Source: Candidatus Kapaibacterium sp.
GTDB lineage: Bacteria > Bacteroidota > Ignavibacteria > Kapaibacteriales > UBA4661
Length of the DNA stretch: 64,000 nucleotides
Assembly (NCBI GenBank): GCA_004292595.1
Contig: RDXM01000119.1
Span: 1,270 to 65,269, forward strand
Direction of reading: 5' to 3'
In this document: in pieces, positions 63,514 to 64,000 of the stretch
Numbering within the stretch: the stretch's first letter is position 1
Layout of the letters: each line of letters starts with the position of its first letter
The notes under the pieces: model-generated
What the model was told of the DNA's origin: nothing
The model's input: only the letters and a program-made list of their open reading frames with translations
Database searches by the model: none
Made by a program: the position numbers and the translations under genes

Positions 63514-64000
63514 TCACGGGCGTTCCCGCACCTCGACAACGATTCCCCACGCTTCCGCACATTCAATGCACTTCCAGCCCTGCAAGGCGTGTATTTCCTC
63601 ATTGCTGAAACCGTTCAGCACGGAGGCAAAAAAGACATAGCGCGTACTGCCGAGCGTTGATGCGCCGCAGCGGGTGGTGTCTGCTTGCGGCGTAAGGTCG
63701 AGGTCGCGGGCGGGAAAGGTGGCAAAATTACGCGACTGAATATCCGTCGCAGAAATACCCCGTGCTTGAATGCCGCGCAAAACCTGCTTCCTGAGACCGT
63801 CATAGGGCAAATACGCCAAGGTCGCATCCCAGCCCTTGGCAAGGGTGCGCGGATAGAACCACGCCCAGCAATGCCCTGTCAGCAAAACCACGCACACCAC
63901 CGCATAGATATGCAGCTTGTGGGCAGACAATGGTGTTCGACCAAACAACCCCAATACCGCACCAATACTTGCTAGAAACTGCATCGGCAAAAAGTAGCGA
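63514..64000 (-). CDS. hypothetical membrane-associated protein, C-terminal part (frame open to right edge)
   Basis: The tracked ORF starts at a TTG at 63990, but the frame stays open to position 64000. One hydrophobic helix and no recognised motif. Confidence 0.35.
   Translation of the reverse strand, partial: RYFLPMQFLASIGAVLGLFGRTPLSAHKLHIYAVVCVVLLTGHCWAWFYPRTLAKGWDATLAYLPYDGLRKQVLRGIQARGISATDIQSRNFATFPARDLDLTPQADTTRCGASTLGSTRYVFFASVLNGFSNEEIHALQGWKCIECAEAWGIVVEVRERP

Noticed and set aside
1-64000. tRNA, rRNA, tmRNA, RNase P, SRP RNA, transposase, integrase, toxin-antitoxin or defence-system genes
   Set aside because: I scanned by eye for hallmark strings (GGTTCGAATCC-type T-arms, GAGGAAAGTCC, DDE or tyrosine-recombinase motifs in the ORF translations) and found none. 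This is a weak negative without covariance-model or HMM searches.

Overview
This 64-kb window (about 50% GC) reads as core chromosome rather than an island. The host looks like an FCB-group bacterium (Bacteroidota/Chlorobiota/Ignavibacteriota-like). That is an inference from a T9SS C-terminal sorting domain, a propeller/Y_Y_Y sensor kinase, ileS followed by a TraR/DksA gene, and mostly Shine-Dalgarno-less, G-poor leaders. I call about 50 protein genes, roughly 80% on the minus strand. They cover translation (rpsF, rplI, rplT, rpmI, infC, lysS, ileS, queA), cofactor and Fe-S metabolism (ribBA, lipA, sufE, a DUF59 protein, a 2Fe-2S ferredoxin, SOD), and envelope functions (BamA-family, M28 and M16 peptidases, penicillin-acylase family, CcmF-like). 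Signalling genes include an ECF sigma factor with a coupled partner, a NarL-type two-component pair, a large LytS-type kinase and ptsI. Housekeeping genes include asd, dcd, dprA, scpA, phoU, yajC, gcdH, an acyl-CoA carboxyltransferase and a desaturase. Reading by eye, I found no rRNA, tRNA, CRISPR array, transposase, integrase, prophage or recognisable defence gene. The unusual content is in the repeat and recoding layer. (1) Two adjacent-ORF pairs are joined in the -1 frame exactly at poly-A runs: an H1-like ORF with a DksA/TraR ORF at an A10 run phased A_AAA_AAG, and a split DUF1640-like gene at an A6 run. (2) There are three dispersed palindromic element families. Family A has 9 copies of about 78 bp, all just downstream of stop codons. 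Family B has 6 MITE-like copies of about 105 bp, one carrying a nested 121-bp element with 15-bp TIRs and an 8-bp target duplication. Family C is a 43-nt hairpin motif with compensatory stem changes. (3) Short tandem repeats are frequent: 12/15-bp in-frame units inside signalling and enzyme genes, and 13/14-bp units in leaders. All protein calls rest on motif recognition from the supplied translations. No database search was possible.
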